From: Gemmatimonadota bacterium
GTDB taxonomy: Bacteria > Gemmatimonadota > Gemmatimonadetes > Gemmatimonadales > Gemmatimonadaceae
Length of the DNA stretch: 64,000 nucleotides
Direction: 5' to 3'
NCBI GenBank assembly: GCA_040389905.1
Contig: JAZJZK010000007.1
Span: forward strand, 191,492-255,491
Shown here: positions 38,589 to 48,484 of the stretch, one piece after another
Numbering within the stretch: the stretch's first letter is position 1
Layout of the letters: each line of letters opens with the position of its first letter
Translations under genes and position numbers: made by a program
Notes under the pieces: model-generated
What the model was told of the DNA's origin: nothing
What the model saw: only the letters and a program-made list of their open reading frames with translations
Databases searched by the model: none

Positions 38589-39068
38589 ATGCCCGACCTC
38601 CGCCACGAGATCAAACAAAGCAAACCGTTCTCGAGCCTCGAGCAGGAAGCGCTGCTCAGCCTCGAGCGTACGGCGGCGGTGCTCTTGCACGCGATGGCTG
38701 AGACCTTCAAGGGCCACGGAATTACGCCGACGCAGTACAACGTCCTCCGCATACTCCGCGGCGCCGGTCCTGACGGATTGTGCCGCAATGACATCCGCGA
38801 TCGCCTTGTGACGCAGGTGCCCGACGTCACTCGACTCCTCGATCGTCTCGAGGAGGCTCGCCTCGCGGAGCGGGAGCGCGCGTCCGACGACCGCCGAGTG
38901 GTGACAACGCGAATCACGGCCCAAGGGCTCGACCTCTTGCGAGGACTCGATGAACCCGTCACCCAGGCCCATCATCAGCAGTTCGGACATATGTCGCCCG
39001 ACCAACTGCGCTCACTGATCGACCTGCTCGCAGTCGCCCGATCAGCATCACGAGGAGAATCACAATGA
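38589..39068 (+). CDS. MarR family transcriptional regulator
   Basis: GITPTQYNVLRILRGA, PDVTRLLDRLE, DRRVV..RIT..G. Confidence 0.92.
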   Translation: MPDLRHEIKQSKPFSSLEQEALLSLERTAAVLLHAMAETFKGHGITPTQYNVLRILRGAGPDGLCRNDIRDRLVTQVPDVTRLLDRLEEARLAERERASDDRRVVTTRITAQGLDLLRGLDEPVTQAHHQQFGHMSPDQLRSLIDLLAVARSASRGESQ

Positions 39069-40006
39069 CCGACAGCCCGAGTTCTGACACCGCTGACGCG
39101 CTCGAGGACCGCGATCCCGTCATGGACGTCGGCGTTGCGCCGGCGGGTTGGCGCCTGCCGCCAGCGACGCGTTTGGGGCACGTCACGCTGCAGGTGGCCG
39201 ATCTATCCCGATCCATCGCGTACTACGGCACGGTGCTCGGCCTCACCGTCCTGTCGAAGACGGACGTAAGCGCAATTCTCGGCAGTGAGTACGACCGGAC
39301 GCCCCTCGTGGAGCTTCGCGAGCGCAAAGGCGCCTCGCCGATGCCGCATCATGGTCGTCTGGGGCTCTATCATTTTGCCATCCTGCTTCCTGACCGGGCG
39401 GCGCTCGGTCGCTTTATCACCCATCTCTCGGAACTCGGTCTGCGCGTTGGCGCATCCGATCATCTCGTGAGCGAGGCGCTGTACCTTCACGATCCGGACG
39501 GTCTGGGCATCGAAGTCTATCGCGACCGCCCACGCATTGAATGGCGCGCGGTCGACCGGGAGCTCGTGATGGCCAGCGAGCCGCTCGACCTCGCCGATGT
39601 CGCGCGCTCCGCCAATGGCCTTGCGTGGACGGGCATGCCCGCCGGCACAACGATGGGTCATGTTCACTTGCACGTCGCGGACCTCACACGCGCTGCGAGC
39701 TTCTATCACGATGGGCTCGGCCTCGACAAGATGGTGTGGACCTACCAAGGCGCGTTGTTCCTCGCGGCGGGTGGATACCATCATCACCTCGGCCTCAATA
39801 CCTGGGCGGGTCCGCGAGCTCCTCAGCCGACCGACGATGACGCGCGATTACTCGAGTGGCGCGTGTTGCTGCCGTCGAGCGAGGACTTGAGCGCCGCCGC
39901 CTCGAATCTGGTGGCTGGCCGTCATGACGTCATCGCTGACGGCGGCGACTTCCTTGCAACGGACCCATGGGGAACGTCCGTACGTCTCACGCGCACTCCG
40001 TGCTGA
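39065..40006 (+). CDS. Two-domain VOC protein, catechol 2,3-dioxygenase CatE-like
   Basis: GLYHFAIL, DHLVSEALY..DPDG.GIEVY.DRP, GHVHLHV, GGYHHHLG.NTW. Confidence 0.85.
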   Translation: MTDSPSSDTADALEDRDPVMDVGVAPAGWRLPPATRLGHVTLQVADLSRSIAYYGTVLGLTVLSKTDVSAILGSEYDRTPLVELRERKGASPMPHHGRLGLYHFAILLPDRAALGRFITHLSELGLRVGASDHLVSEALYLHDPDGLGIEVYRDRPRIEWRAVDRELVMASEPLDLADVARSANGLAWTGMPAGTTMGHVHLHVADLTRAASFYHDGLGLDKMVWTYQGALFLAAGGYHHHLGLNTWAGPRAPQPTDDDARLLEWRVLLPSSEDLSAAASNLVAGRHDVIADGGDFLATDPWGTSVRLTRTPC

Positions 40007-40524
40007 GTCTCAGATCCATCGCAGGGTGGGAGGAGGCGATCCTCGCGAGCATTTCCGGGGCGCAGGGCACGCTCGAGGAGCGCGATCGTCAGATTGAGCG
40101 TTCGGGTGTCTATGCCGAGTATCCCGCGATCGTCCACGCCTATCAGGAATTGATGGACGATCCGGATTCGAGTCTGGAGGCGGTCAAACGCGCGCTGTTC
40201 CTGATGTGGCGTGGCGCGACGGGGCTACCGGCCATCACCGCGATTGCGCCCTTGCCCGACCAGACCATGCACGCGGTCGTGGACGCCGTGGCGACGCGGG
40301 TGCGTCGAGAAGCATTCGATGACGAGCTCGAGTGGATGCTGGTGTGGTATCACTCGCAGAGCCCGGATCTTCTCGATCTCTATGGTGCGACGAGCGGTAC
40401 GCTCCAGCTCGCGACTGCACGGCCCGCCGACTCATGGCGGCGGGCTGGTATCACGAGCGAGCAGATGGCCTTGCGGGGACAGATGGGAAGGTACTGGAGC
40501 GCCATGGTAGCCGGCGCTCCATAA
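40000..40524 (+). CDS. Hypothetical protein
   Basis: GTG overlapping upstream gene end; protein-like composition. Confidence 0.6.
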   Translation: MLSLRSIAGWEEAILASISGAQGTLEERDRQIERSGVYAEYPAIVHAYQELMDDPDSSLEAVKRALFLMWRGATGLPAITAIAPLPDQTMHAVVDAVATRVRREAFDDELEWMLVWYHSQSPDLLDLYGATSGTLQLATARPADSWRRAGITSEQMALRGQMGRYWSAMVAGAP

Positions 40525-40532
40525 AAATCGTC

Positions 40533-40850
40533 CTACTCCGCGACGGCTTCGGCGACCTCGCCTGCTTCGCCGGCATCGGCGGGAGCGGTAGCCACCTTCG
40601 GGCGGCGACCCCAGTGGCTCCGCGGCTCGACTGGACGCGCCCGCGCCTCGAGCACGTTTGTGTAGAAGGCGACAATCCTCGTCTTGACTGCCTTTTGAGT
40701 GTCGGCGGTTGCCGCCTGAAACGGGGCATACCGCTGACGATCGCCGGAAACGTCGAACCACCACCAGGCGTCATCGGGAGTGGAACGTCGCGCTTCGACC
40801 TTGCACGAAAACTTCCGCCCATCCTCTTCGAACTCGAACCCTCGGATCAT
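40533..40850 (-). CDS. Hypothetical protein
   Basis: GAGGAG RBS; WWWF.V motif. Confidence 0.7.
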   Translation of the reverse strand: MIRGFEFEEDGRKFSCKVEARRSTPDDAWWWFDVSGDRQRYAPFQAATADTQKAVKTRIVAFYTNVLEARARPVEPRSHWGRRPKVATAPADAGEAGEVAEAVAE

Positions 40851-40993
40851 CGCTGCTCCTCACGAGTGAACCGAAATATACCCGGATTCGCACGGCCCCG
40901 CTCGACCCTGGCGGCGCGACCAGTGGCGAAGAACGAGTCAACCTGCGATTTTACATACAGTTAGCCACAGTGTCACGAGTCGAGGATTTGGAG

Positions 40994-41173
40994 ATGAAGG
41001 AAAAGCGTGCGCAGGAATTGCGCGATGCGTGGGGCGACGCCCCCTGTGAGCATCCGCAACTCGCGAAGGTCTACGATCTTGGCGCGCACACGGGCAGCTT
41101 CGCCTGCGTAAAATGCGGCAAGCCATTTTCCTTTCGCGAGAAGGCGGAGCTGGCAGCCGCGCGTCGCGCGTAA
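40994..41173 (+). CDS. Small putative zinc-binding protein (59 aa)
   Basis: GAGG upstream; CEH...CVKCG. Confidence 0.65.
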   Translation: MKEKRAQELRDAWGDAPCEHPQLAKVYDLGAHTGSFACVKCGKPFSFREKAELAAARRA

Positions 41174-41179
41174 CGAGCG

Positions 41180-41341
41180 ATGAGCAAACTTCTCGGATTT
41201 GTCGGCGCGGTACTGGTGAGCTCGGTGGGCTGGTGGCTGGGAAGCTTCGTCGGCATCATGACGGCGGTGATCCTGTCGGCCGTTGGTACCGGTGTCGGCA
41301 TCTACGCCGGCAAGCGGATCGCCAGTCACTACGACTTCTGA
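41180..41341 (+). CDS. Small glycine-rich membrane protein (53 aa, absent from ORF track)
   Basis: MSKLLGFVGAVLVSSVGWWLGSFVGIMTAVILSAVGTGVGIYAGKRIASHYDF*; fills the gap between neighbouring genes. Confidence 0.7.
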   Translation: MSKLLGFVGAVLVSSVGWWLGSFVGIMTAVILSAVGTGVGIYAGKRIASHYDF

Positions 41342-41352
41342 CGGAGTCTTCG

Positions 41353-41748
41353 ATGCAACAGCACTTGCTCGCCGCTCTCGTGCTCACGCTTCCGCTTTCA
41401 GTCCAGGCCCAATCGCGCTGGAAGGACATCGGGAAGACGAGTAGTGGCAACGTCGTCTCCGTCGATCCGAAGACGATCAAGAAGAGCGCCGGCCGCGTCT
41501 CTGCCACCGTGCGTGTGGTCTTTACCCCGCCGGTGAAAGCCGCGAACGGCACCTGGGCGAGTTCGGTCACCACAGCAACGTTCGAGTGCGCGACCAAGAA
41601 GCTCGCCGCGAAGGAGAACGTCTACTACTCGGACGTGAAGAGCACAAAGGTCGTCGAGCGGAAGGTCAACAAGATTCCCGGCTACGGACCCGCGCTCGGC
41701 GGCTCACTCGGCATGGTGGCGCTGGACTACCTCTGCTCCCTCAAGTAG
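41353..41748 (+). CDS. Secreted surface-adhesin-E-like small protein
   Basis: GGAG RBS; signal peptide; W..IG.....V.VD..TI, FECA, terminal C. Confidence 0.6.
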   Translation: MQQHLLAALVLTLPLSVQAQSRWKDIGKTSSGNVVSVDPKTIKKSAGRVSATVRVVFTPPVKAANGTWASSVTTATFECATKKLAAKENVYYSDVKSTKVVERKVNKIPGYGPALGGSLGMVALDYLCSLK

Positions 41749-41749
41749 T

Positions 41750-42193
41750 TCATCGCTTTTTCGCCAGGATCGTCCCGCGACAGGTGGCCGCACCGCACGA
41801 GCACGGAAAGCGGCGCTTCGCGGCCGGCGTGTGCCGCTCGTCGAGCACGTACGCGTAGTCGTAGGCGAGCTCTTCGCCGGGCACGATGTCGCGAATCGTC
41901 TCGATCCAGATGCGCGCATCTTCGATGACGGCATCGCAATTCGGATCGCATGAGTGATTGATGAACCGCGCATCGTTGCCATCGACGGCGGCATCGATCA
42001 CGACATCATCGTCGATGGCGAAGAGAAAGGTGTGGTGCCGCTCACCCTCGACATCCGGATAGCGAGCGTCGGCCTGGGCAGGCGTCAATCGTTCGCCGGC
42101 GTACTCGATGAGGCGCACGCCAGCAGGAATGTGATGTATCGCGAAGGCGCCAAGCCCCTGCATCGGCGACTCTCGAATTTCGAACTGTGTCAT
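41750..42193 (-). CDS. SET domain protein-lysine methyltransferase with post-SET motif
   Basis: GLGAFA, RFINHSCDPN, GEELAYDY, CSCGAATCRG. Confidence 0.92.
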   Translation of the reverse strand: MTQFEIRESPMQGLGAFAIHHIPAGVRLIEYAGERLTPAQADARYPDVEGERHHTFLFAIDDDVVIDAAVDGNDARFINHSCDPNCDAVIEDARIWIETIRDIVPGEELAYDYAYVLDERHTPAAKRRFPCSCGAATCRGTILAKKR

Positions 42194-42277
42194 GCTGTTT
42201 TGCCTCGCTTGAACAGCAACGGCCTACGCCTCACCCCAAATCCCGCCTCCGGACCCCCGGATGGTTAACTTGCATGA

Positions 42278-44014
42278 ATGACATCGCCAACTGAAACCGG
42301 TTTTTCGGGCCTCGGCCTCGACCCGCGCCTCGAAAATGCGCTCGCCCTCCTTGGCTACGAGGAGCCGACGCCCGTCCAGCGCGAGGCCATTCCGCCCCTC
42401 CTCGCGGGGCGTGACCTGCTCGGACAAGCTGCCACGGGAACAGGCAAGACCGCGGCCTTCGCCCTGCCGCTCATCCATCTGCTTGACCCGAAGCTCGAGC
42501 CACGCGAGCGCACAGCCGCGCTCATCCTCGTTCCCACGCGCGAGCTGGCCATGCAGGTGGCCGAAGCGGTCCACAAGTATGGCAAGGCCCTGGGAATCGT
42601 TGCGCTGCCCATCTACGGCGGTGCTCCGATGGAAGCACAGCTCCGCTCCCTCAAGCGCGGTGTGGACGTCGTTGTTGCGACGCCTGGCCGCGCACTCGAT
42701 CACATCCGCCGCAAGACGCTCCGCCTCGATAGCGTGAAGATCGTCATCCTCGATGAGGCCGACGAAATGCTCGACATGGGCTTCGCCGAAGACCTCGAAG
42801 CCATCCTCTCCGCGACGCCGGAGACCCGTCAGACGGCGCTCTTCTCCGCAACGTTGCCGCCGCGCATCGCGGACATCGCCAACAAGCACCTCAAGAACCC
42901 GGTTCGCGTGCGGATCGACCGCGAGGTCGTGCCGGCTGGTTCCGCGCCGCGCGTGCGTCAGGTCGCATACATCGTCGGCCGAGCGCACAAGATCGCCACG
43001 CTGGGGCGCGTGCTCGATGTGGAGAATCCCACGTCGGCCATCGTGTTCTGCCGCACGCGGACGGAAGTGGACGAGCTCACCGAGTCGCTGAATGGTCGCG
43101 GCTATCGCGCCGAGGCGTTGCATGGCGGGCTGTCGCAGGAACAGCGTGATCGCGTCATGAAGAAGTTTCGCGCGAACACCGCCGATCTGCTCGTCGCCAC
43201 CGACGTCGCCGCGCGCGGCCTCGATGTCGAGCACGTGTCGCACGTCGTCAACTATGACGTGCCAACGTCGGCGGAGGCATACGTCCACCGCATTGGGCGC
43301 ACCGGTCGCGCCGGCCGCGAGGGCGTCGCCATCACGCTGGCCGAGCCGCGCGAGCATCGCTTGTTGCGCAACATTGAATACCTCACGAAGCAGAAGATCG
43401 AGATTGCAACCGTCCCAACCGTGGCTGATCTCCGTGCGCGCCGCATCGAGATGACCAAGGCATCACTTCGCGAGGTCATCCTCGGCGGAGAGCTGGACAG
43501 CTTTCGGGCTGTCGTGGATTCCTTGTCCCAGGAGTTCGACATCATGGACGTCGCCGCTGCGGCCGTGAAAATGGCCGACTCGAAAGACGGAGCGGACGCC
43601 GAGGAGATTCCGTCGGTTTCGTTGCGTCCCGAGCGGCAGGTCTCGCGCCATGACCGCGAACGCGTACCGACGCCCAAGTCGGCTGCGCGGCGTCACGAGG
43701 CGGTGAAGTTCACGAGCAAGACCGCTGCAAAGGGCGACAAGAAGCGCATTACCCCCGAATGGGATGTTGCCCGGCTCTACATTGGCGCCGGGCGCAATTC
43801 GAAGATCCGCCCGGCTGACCTCGTCGGCGCGATCGTGAACGAAGCCGGCATCGACGCGCGGGCGATCGGGGCTATCCAGATCACGGATCGTTTTTCTCTC
43901 GTGGAAGTACCAGACGAAATAGCGGACGGCATCATCGAGACCCTCCGCGCCACCACGATCAAGGGCAAACGCGTGCCCGTTCGGCGCGATCGTGAGCAGG
44001 GGGGCGCTGGTTAA
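42278..44014 (+). CDS. DEAD-box RNA helicase (DeaD/CsdA-like, C-terminal DbpA RNA-binding domain)
   Basis: PTPVQ, GTGKT, PTREL, TPGR, DEAD, SAT, ARGLD, HRIGRTGR; C-terminal GR..KIRP.DLVGAI.NE. Confidence 0.95.
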   Translation: MTSPTETGFSGLGLDPRLENALALLGYEEPTPVQREAIPPLLAGRDLLGQAATGTGKTAAFALPLIHLLDPKLEPRERTAALILVPTRELAMQVAEAVHKYGKALGIVALPIYGGAPMEAQLRSLKRGVDVVVATPGRALDHIRRKTLRLDSVKIVILDEADEMLDMGFAEDLEAILSATPETRQTALFSATLPPRIADIANKHLKNPVRVRIDREVVPAGSAPRVRQVAYIVGRAHKIATLGRVLDVENPTSAIVFCRTRTEVDELTESLNGRGYRAEALHGGLSQEQRDRVMKKFRANTADLLVATDVAARGLDVEHVSHVVNYDVPTSAEAYVHRIGRTGRAGREGVAITLAEPREHRLLRNIEYLTKQKIEIATVPTVADLRARRIEMTKASLREVILGGELDSFRAVVDSLSQEFDIMDVAAAAVKMADSKDGADAEEIPSVSLRPERQVSRHDRERVPTPKSAARRHEAVKFTSKTAAKGDKKRITPEWDVARLYIGAGRNSKIRPADLVGAIVNEAGIDARAIGAIQITDRFSLVEVPDEIADGIIETLRATTIKGKRVPVRRDREQGGAG

Positions 44015-44080
44015 CCGTGTCCCTTACCTGACGCCGTCGCCAGATTCCTTATTCCTATGCCACCGTTTCAGATTTCAACA

Positions 44081-44572
44081 ATGCGCCTTCGCCTCGCCGC
44101 CGCTGTTCTCGCCATTGGAATCGTCGTCGCCTGTAATCTCGATACCGGAACGGGGACATCCGTCATCAGCACCAATCCGGTGATTCCCATCGATTCACAG
44201 ACCTTTGCCACGTCGCTCGGCATCAATCTTTCTCAGTTCACCAAGACAGCGAGCGGGCTGTACTATCGCGACGTCGTGGTCGGTACCGGCACGGTCTACA
44301 CCGTGAACCACACCGTCGGGGTGTACTACATTGGCCAACTCGCCGACGGAACGCAGTTCGATGCGAGGTCAGCGCCATCGGCGGTGTTTTCTTTCATTCT
44401 CGGGGCAGGGAATGTCATCATGGGATGGGATGAGGGTTTGGTCGGCATGCGCATTGGTGGAAAGCGCGTGCTGATCGTGCCGCCCTCACTTGGTTATGGG
44501 GCCGTCAACAACGGGTCCATTCCCGGGAATTCGAATATGGTTTTCACTGTCGACGCCGTCAGCTTTCAGTAA
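44081..44572 (+). CDS. FKBP-type peptidyl-prolyl isomerase, lipoprotein
   Basis: Lipobox VVAC; SGLYY, DGTQFD, VIMGWDEG, PPSLGYG, IPGNS. Confidence 0.9.
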   Translation: MRLRLAAAVLAIGIVVACNLDTGTGTSVISTNPVIPIDSQTFATSLGINLSQFTKTASGLYYRDVVVGTGTVYTVNHTVGVYYIGQLADGTQFDARSAPSAVFSFILGAGNVIMGWDEGLVGMRIGGKRVLIVPPSLGYGAVNNGSIPGNSNMVFTVDAVSFQ

Positions 44573-44589
44573 CGTCCTGCAGGGAAGCG

Positions 44590-44862
44590 ATGAACACCTA
44601 CGTCTACTACATCGCAGAGAAGATCGAGGGCGCAATGGAGATGCAGCGCTTCGCGCATCCTATTCATGTGGGCATCGTCTCGGCCAGCGATCATGAGACG
44701 GCCTACGGCGCCGTGCTGGAGGATCTTCGTCCGACCTTCGCCGATGAGCCGCAGCAGCTCGAGGTTCGCTTCGAGGCGCTGACCCCGCCACGCGCCGGTT
44801 CCGGCGTGTGGCGGCACGGCAAGCCCATCGATACCGACATCACGTTCACGGCCGCAGACTAG
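44590..44862 (+). CDS. Hypothetical protein
   Basis: AGGGA RBS; good codon usage. Confidence 0.6.
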   Translation: MNTYVYYIAEKIEGAMEMQRFAHPIHVGIVSASDHETAYGAVLEDLRPTFADEPQQLEVRFEALTPPRAGSGVWRHGKPIDTDITFTAAD

Positions 44863-45103
44863 CCGGGGGTCGATCTTCCCCTCGATGCGGCACTACCATT
44901 CGTGGCGCTTGTCCTTTGGGGCTACGACGGCGTCCGCTACTCCATCACCGAGGCGTGCATCACGCAAGTGCGCCAATCGTTCGGCGCATTGCTCGACGCG
45001 CGCGTCGATGCTCCACCGGCCCAGGTCGGCGAAGGCTACGCGTCTCCGCTCGATGCGCACGCGAGGGAGCGGGTGTCACGGGACTGAGCGGTGCGGAGTG
45101 CGG

Positions 45104-45697
45104 TCAGCGAACGATCGTGAGTGGCGACGTCTGCTGGAGCGCGACGACCTTCTGGTCGGACGAGTTGAGGACGCCCTTTACCCACTCCCAGTCGCGCGCG
45201 ACGCCTGCGTTTTCCATCAACATGAGCGCGACCTCAGCAGCGTCGCCCGGATCCATTCGCAGGCAGCCATGCGACGCGGCCGAACCGAGCGATTCGGTCG
45301 CGTCCGTGCCGTGGATGTAGTAATCCGGCTCCTGGAAGAAGATCTTGACCCCCTTCATCGGATTGGCCGGATGTCCCGGTGCTTTCGGTGTCTTCCCGCG
45401 CGCCCACTTTTCGTCGGGCGGAACCCACCGCGGGTTCCATATCAGCTTCTTGATGGTGAAGCTTCCCGTCGGAGTGGGGTGCGAAGGCGCGCCGATCGCC
45501 ACGTCGTACGTCTTCACCACCGAGTCGTCGCGCATGACGGTCAGCTTGCGCTCGCTGAGACTCGCTTCGAGCCTCACGCCGCCTCCGGCCATGGCGGGTG
45601 TGCGCATCGCGCCGATGCCAAACACAAGCGCGCCCGCCAAGGGAACGGCGAAGATCGCGATGACGGTTTTTGTGCGGCGTTGGATTCGTCGGATCAT
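45104..45697 (-). CDS. L,D-transpeptidase (YkuD) family
   Basis: VAIG...PTPTG.F, NP.W.PP, PG...NPM, IHGT...SLG.AASHGC.RM. Confidence 0.9.
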   Translation of the reverse strand: MIRRIQRRTKTVIAIFAVPLAGALVFGIGAMRTPAMAGGGVRLEASLSERKLTVMRDDSVVKTYDVAIGAPSHPTPTGSFTIKKLIWNPRWVPPDEKWARGKTPKAPGHPANPMKGVKIFFQEPDYYIHGTDATESLGSAASHGCLRMDPGDAAEVALMLMENAGVARDWEWVKGVLNSSDQKVVALQQTSPLTIVR

Positions 45698-45728
45698 TGA
45701 CGCTGGGAGAGGGTTCGATAAACAGATG

Positions 45729-45743
45729 GCAAAGCATGTTCCA
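45729..45743 (-). promoter_or_regulatory. Putative sigma54 promoter
   Basis: Minus strand TGGAAC-ATGCT-TTGC, GG-N10-GC, about 32 nt before ATG 45697. Confidence 0.55.
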
Positions 45744-45804
45744 CTTCACCGTGTCGCAACGCACCTTTCAGCGAGCACAAACATCTTCAGCGATTCATCA
45801 TTCA

Positions 45805-48471
45805 ATGCGCACTACTTCACGACTATTGCCCCTTGCGGCAGCGGCCTGTTTCGCTGCACAGGCCGCCTGCGGAACCCCGGTTCAGATCGCTCCGGTCACC
45901 GCCGTCGCGCCGCCGCCCGTCGAATCCCCGATTAGTGAAGCGAACGTCCGCCGGCTGCTGACAGCGCTTGCGGACGACTCGCTCGAGGGCCGCGGAACCG
46001 GAACGCGCGGCTCGGAAAAGGCGGCGCGGCTCATCGCCAACGAGATGCGCGCGATCGGGCTCGAGCCCGCCGGCGACAGTGGCTACTTCCAGCGGGTGCC
46101 CGTCGCGATGGTCACACGCGGCACGAGAGAGGGCCCTGCACTCTTCTCGAGCTTTGCCACGCGCGACACGATGCCGAGGGACAAGCGGCGCAACGCGGTC
46201 AACGTCGTGGGAATTCTTCGCGGCACCGATCCGGTGCTCAAGGATTCCGTGATTCTCGTCGACGCGCACTATGACCACAACGGAATCGGGCGTCCCGTGG
46301 CGGGTGACTCGATCAACAACGGCGCGGACGATGACGCCTCTGGCACCGTCGCGGTGCTCGAGATCGCCCGTGCGATGACACGCGGGCCCAAGCCGAAGCG
46401 CACCGTCATCTTCGCCGCAACCACGGGCGAGGAAGTCGGGCTACTGGGCACGCGGTGGTATCTCCAACATCCTGTTGCACCGATCACGAGCATGACGGCG
46501 AATCTGGAGATCGAGATGATTGGTCGGCCGGATACCGCGGCTGGCGGCTTTGGACGTGCGTGGCTCACTGGGTTCGAGCGAACAACGATGGGCTCGATGT
46601 TCGCCACCGCCGGCTTGCCGATTGTCGCCGACAGGCGTCTCGCGCAGAGTTTCTACACGCGCAGTGACAACATTGCCTTCGCGCGCGCAGGCATTCCGGC
46701 GCACACACTCTCCTCGTACAACATGCACGAGGACTATCACACGGTGCGCGACGACGCGAGCCGAGTGGATTTTGCGCACATGACGCTGGTCATTCGCGCT
46801 GGCGCGGAAGCCACGCAACTACTGGCAAACGGCCCAGCACCCACCTGGAACCCCGGCGGACGTCCACCGGAGCAGCAGCCGCCTGCGGCGCGCCCAGCGC
46901 TCCCCACCACGCCAACCGCCGTCACAGACGCCGAGCGACTCGCGCGCTACGTGACCGTGAAGTTGGAAGCGGACACCACGGCACTCACGAAGAACGAGCG
47001 ACGCATGTTGCCGTTGCTCGTCGACGCCGCCCGCGAGATGCACGAGATCTTCTGGCAGCAGGTGATTGGGCCGAGTGACTCGGTACTGTCGCGGCTTACG
47101 AGCCCCGACGCGCGCAAGCTCGCCGAGGTGAATGTCGGCCCGTGGGACCGGCTCGATAACAACTTCGCATTCGTCCAGGGTGCTGGCGTCAAGCCGCACG
47201 GAGCGAACTTCTATCCACGGAACATGACGAAGGAGGAGTTCGAGAAGGCCGTCGCCGGCGGCGGAGCGCGTGCAGACAGTCTCAAGTCGTTGTACACCAT
47301 GGTGCGTCGCGACGCCTCCGGTGCGCTCAAGGCCATTCCGTATTCCACCTATTTCGCCGCCGCGAACAAGCGGGCAGCAGACAAGGTTCGAGAAGCGGCC
47401 AGGTTCGCCGACGATGCGGGTCTGCGCCGCTACCTTCGACTGCTCGCCACCGCGCTGACGACCGACAATTATCGGCCCAGCGACATGGCATGGATGGACA
47501 TGAAGAAGAACACGCTCGATATCGTGCTCGGCCCCATCGAGACGTACGAGGACGAACTGTTCGGCTACAAGGCGGCCAACGAAGCGTTCGTACTGGTCAA
47601 AGACCAGGCGTGGAGCAAGCGGCTGTCGAAGTTCGCCGCGCAGTTGCCGGCGCTTCAGCGTGGCATTCCCGTCGAGGCGAAGTACAAGGCGGAGAAGCCG
47701 GGCACGGACGCCGACCTCAATGCCTACGACGTCGTCTATGTCGCGGGACAGGCGAACGTCGCGTCCAAGACGATCGCGATCAACCTGCCGAATGACGAAG
47801 AAGTCACGCTCAAGAAGGGCTCTCGACGCCTGCAACTCAAGAATGCCGTGCGCGCAAAATTCGATCGCATTCTTGTGCCCCTCGCGAAAGAGCTGATCGA
47901 CGACGACCAACTCGCTCGCGTCACGTTCGATGCCTTCTTCGAGAACGTCATGTTCCACGAAGTAGCGCACGGCCTCGGCATCAAGAATACGCTCGACGGA
48001 AAGGGAACGGTGCGCGCCGCGCTCAAGGAAAAGGCGGGCGCGCTCGAAGAAGGCAAGGCGGACATTCTCGGCCTCTACATGATCCGGCAGCTGAACGCGC
48101 AGGGACAGATGGGGAAGGAAGCGGTCGAGGACAACTATGTCACCTTCCTCTCGAGCCTCTTCCGGTCCGTGCGCTTTGGCGCGGCTGACGCGCATGGTCG
48201 AGCAAATGTCGTCGCCTTCAACTTCCTGCAGCGCGCCGGCGCGTTCACGCGGAATGCCAATGGCAAGTATCGCGTGGACTTCGCGAAGATGCATGCGGGT
48301 GCAGACGAACTGTCTCGCCAGATTCTCGTGCTCCAGGGCAACGGCGACTACGCCGGGGTCGCGAAGCTGTACGCTGATTTCGGGACGATCAGTCCCGAGC
48401 TGCAAAAGGATCTCGACCGTGTGAAGGCGAAGGGGATTCCGATCGATATCGTGTACGATCAGCGTCGATAA
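45805..48471 (+). CDS. Fusion of M28 peptidase and M49 (DPP III-like, HExxH) peptidase
   Basis: N half: AHYDH, NGADDDASG, GEEVGL, RSDN, DYH; Pro-rich linker; C half: GPIETYED, AINLPND, FHEVAHGLG, EEGKAD. Confidence 0.82.
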   Translation: MRTTSRLLPLAAAACFAAQAACGTPVQIAPVTAVAPPPVESPISEANVRRLLTALADDSLEGRGTGTRGSEKAARLIANEMRAIGLEPAGDSGYFQRVPVAMVTRGTREGPALFSSFATRDTMPRDKRRNAVNVVGILRGTDPVLKDSVILVDAHYDHNGIGRPVAGDSINNGADDDASGTVAVLEIARAMTRGPKPKRTVIFAATTGEEVGLLGTRWYLQHPVAPITSMTANLEIEMIGRPDTAAGGFGRAWLTGFERTTMGSMFATAGLPIVADRRLAQSFYTRSDNIAFARAGIPAHTLSSYNMHEDYHTVRDDASRVDFAHMTLVIRAGAEATQLLANGPAPTWNPGGRPPEQQPPAARPALPTTPTAVTDAERLARYVTVKLEADTTALTKNERRMLPLLVDAAREMHEIFWQQVIGPSDSVLSRLTSPDARKLAEVNVGPWDRLDNNFAFVQGAGVKPHGANFYPRNMTKEEFEKAVAGGGARADSLKSLYTMVRRDASGALKAIPYSTYFAAANKRAADKVREAARFADDAGLRRYLRLLATALTTDNYRPSDMAWMDMKKNTLDIVLGPIETYEDELFGYKAANEAFVLVKDQAWSKRLSKFAAQLPALQRGIPVEAKYKAEKPGTDADLNAYDVVYVAGQANVASKTIAINLPNDEEVTLKKGSRRLQLKNAVRAKFDRILVPLAKELIDDDQLARVTFDAFFENVMFHEVAHGLGIKNTLDGKGTVRAALKEKAGALEEGKADILGLYMIRQLNAQGQMGKEAVEDNYVTFLSSLFRSVRFGAADAHGRANVVAFNFLQRAGAFTRNANGKYRVDFAKMHAGADELSRQILVLQGNGDYAGVAKLYADFGTISPELQKDLDRVKAKGIPIDIVYDQRR

Positions 48472-48484
48472 CCGCGACGAAGGG

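Noticed and set aside
44863..45087. In-frame open stretch after the TAG of 44590-44862 (possible readthrough or small ORF 44902-45087)
   Set aside because: No RBS, recognisable domain or recoding signal; open frames of this length are common at this GC content
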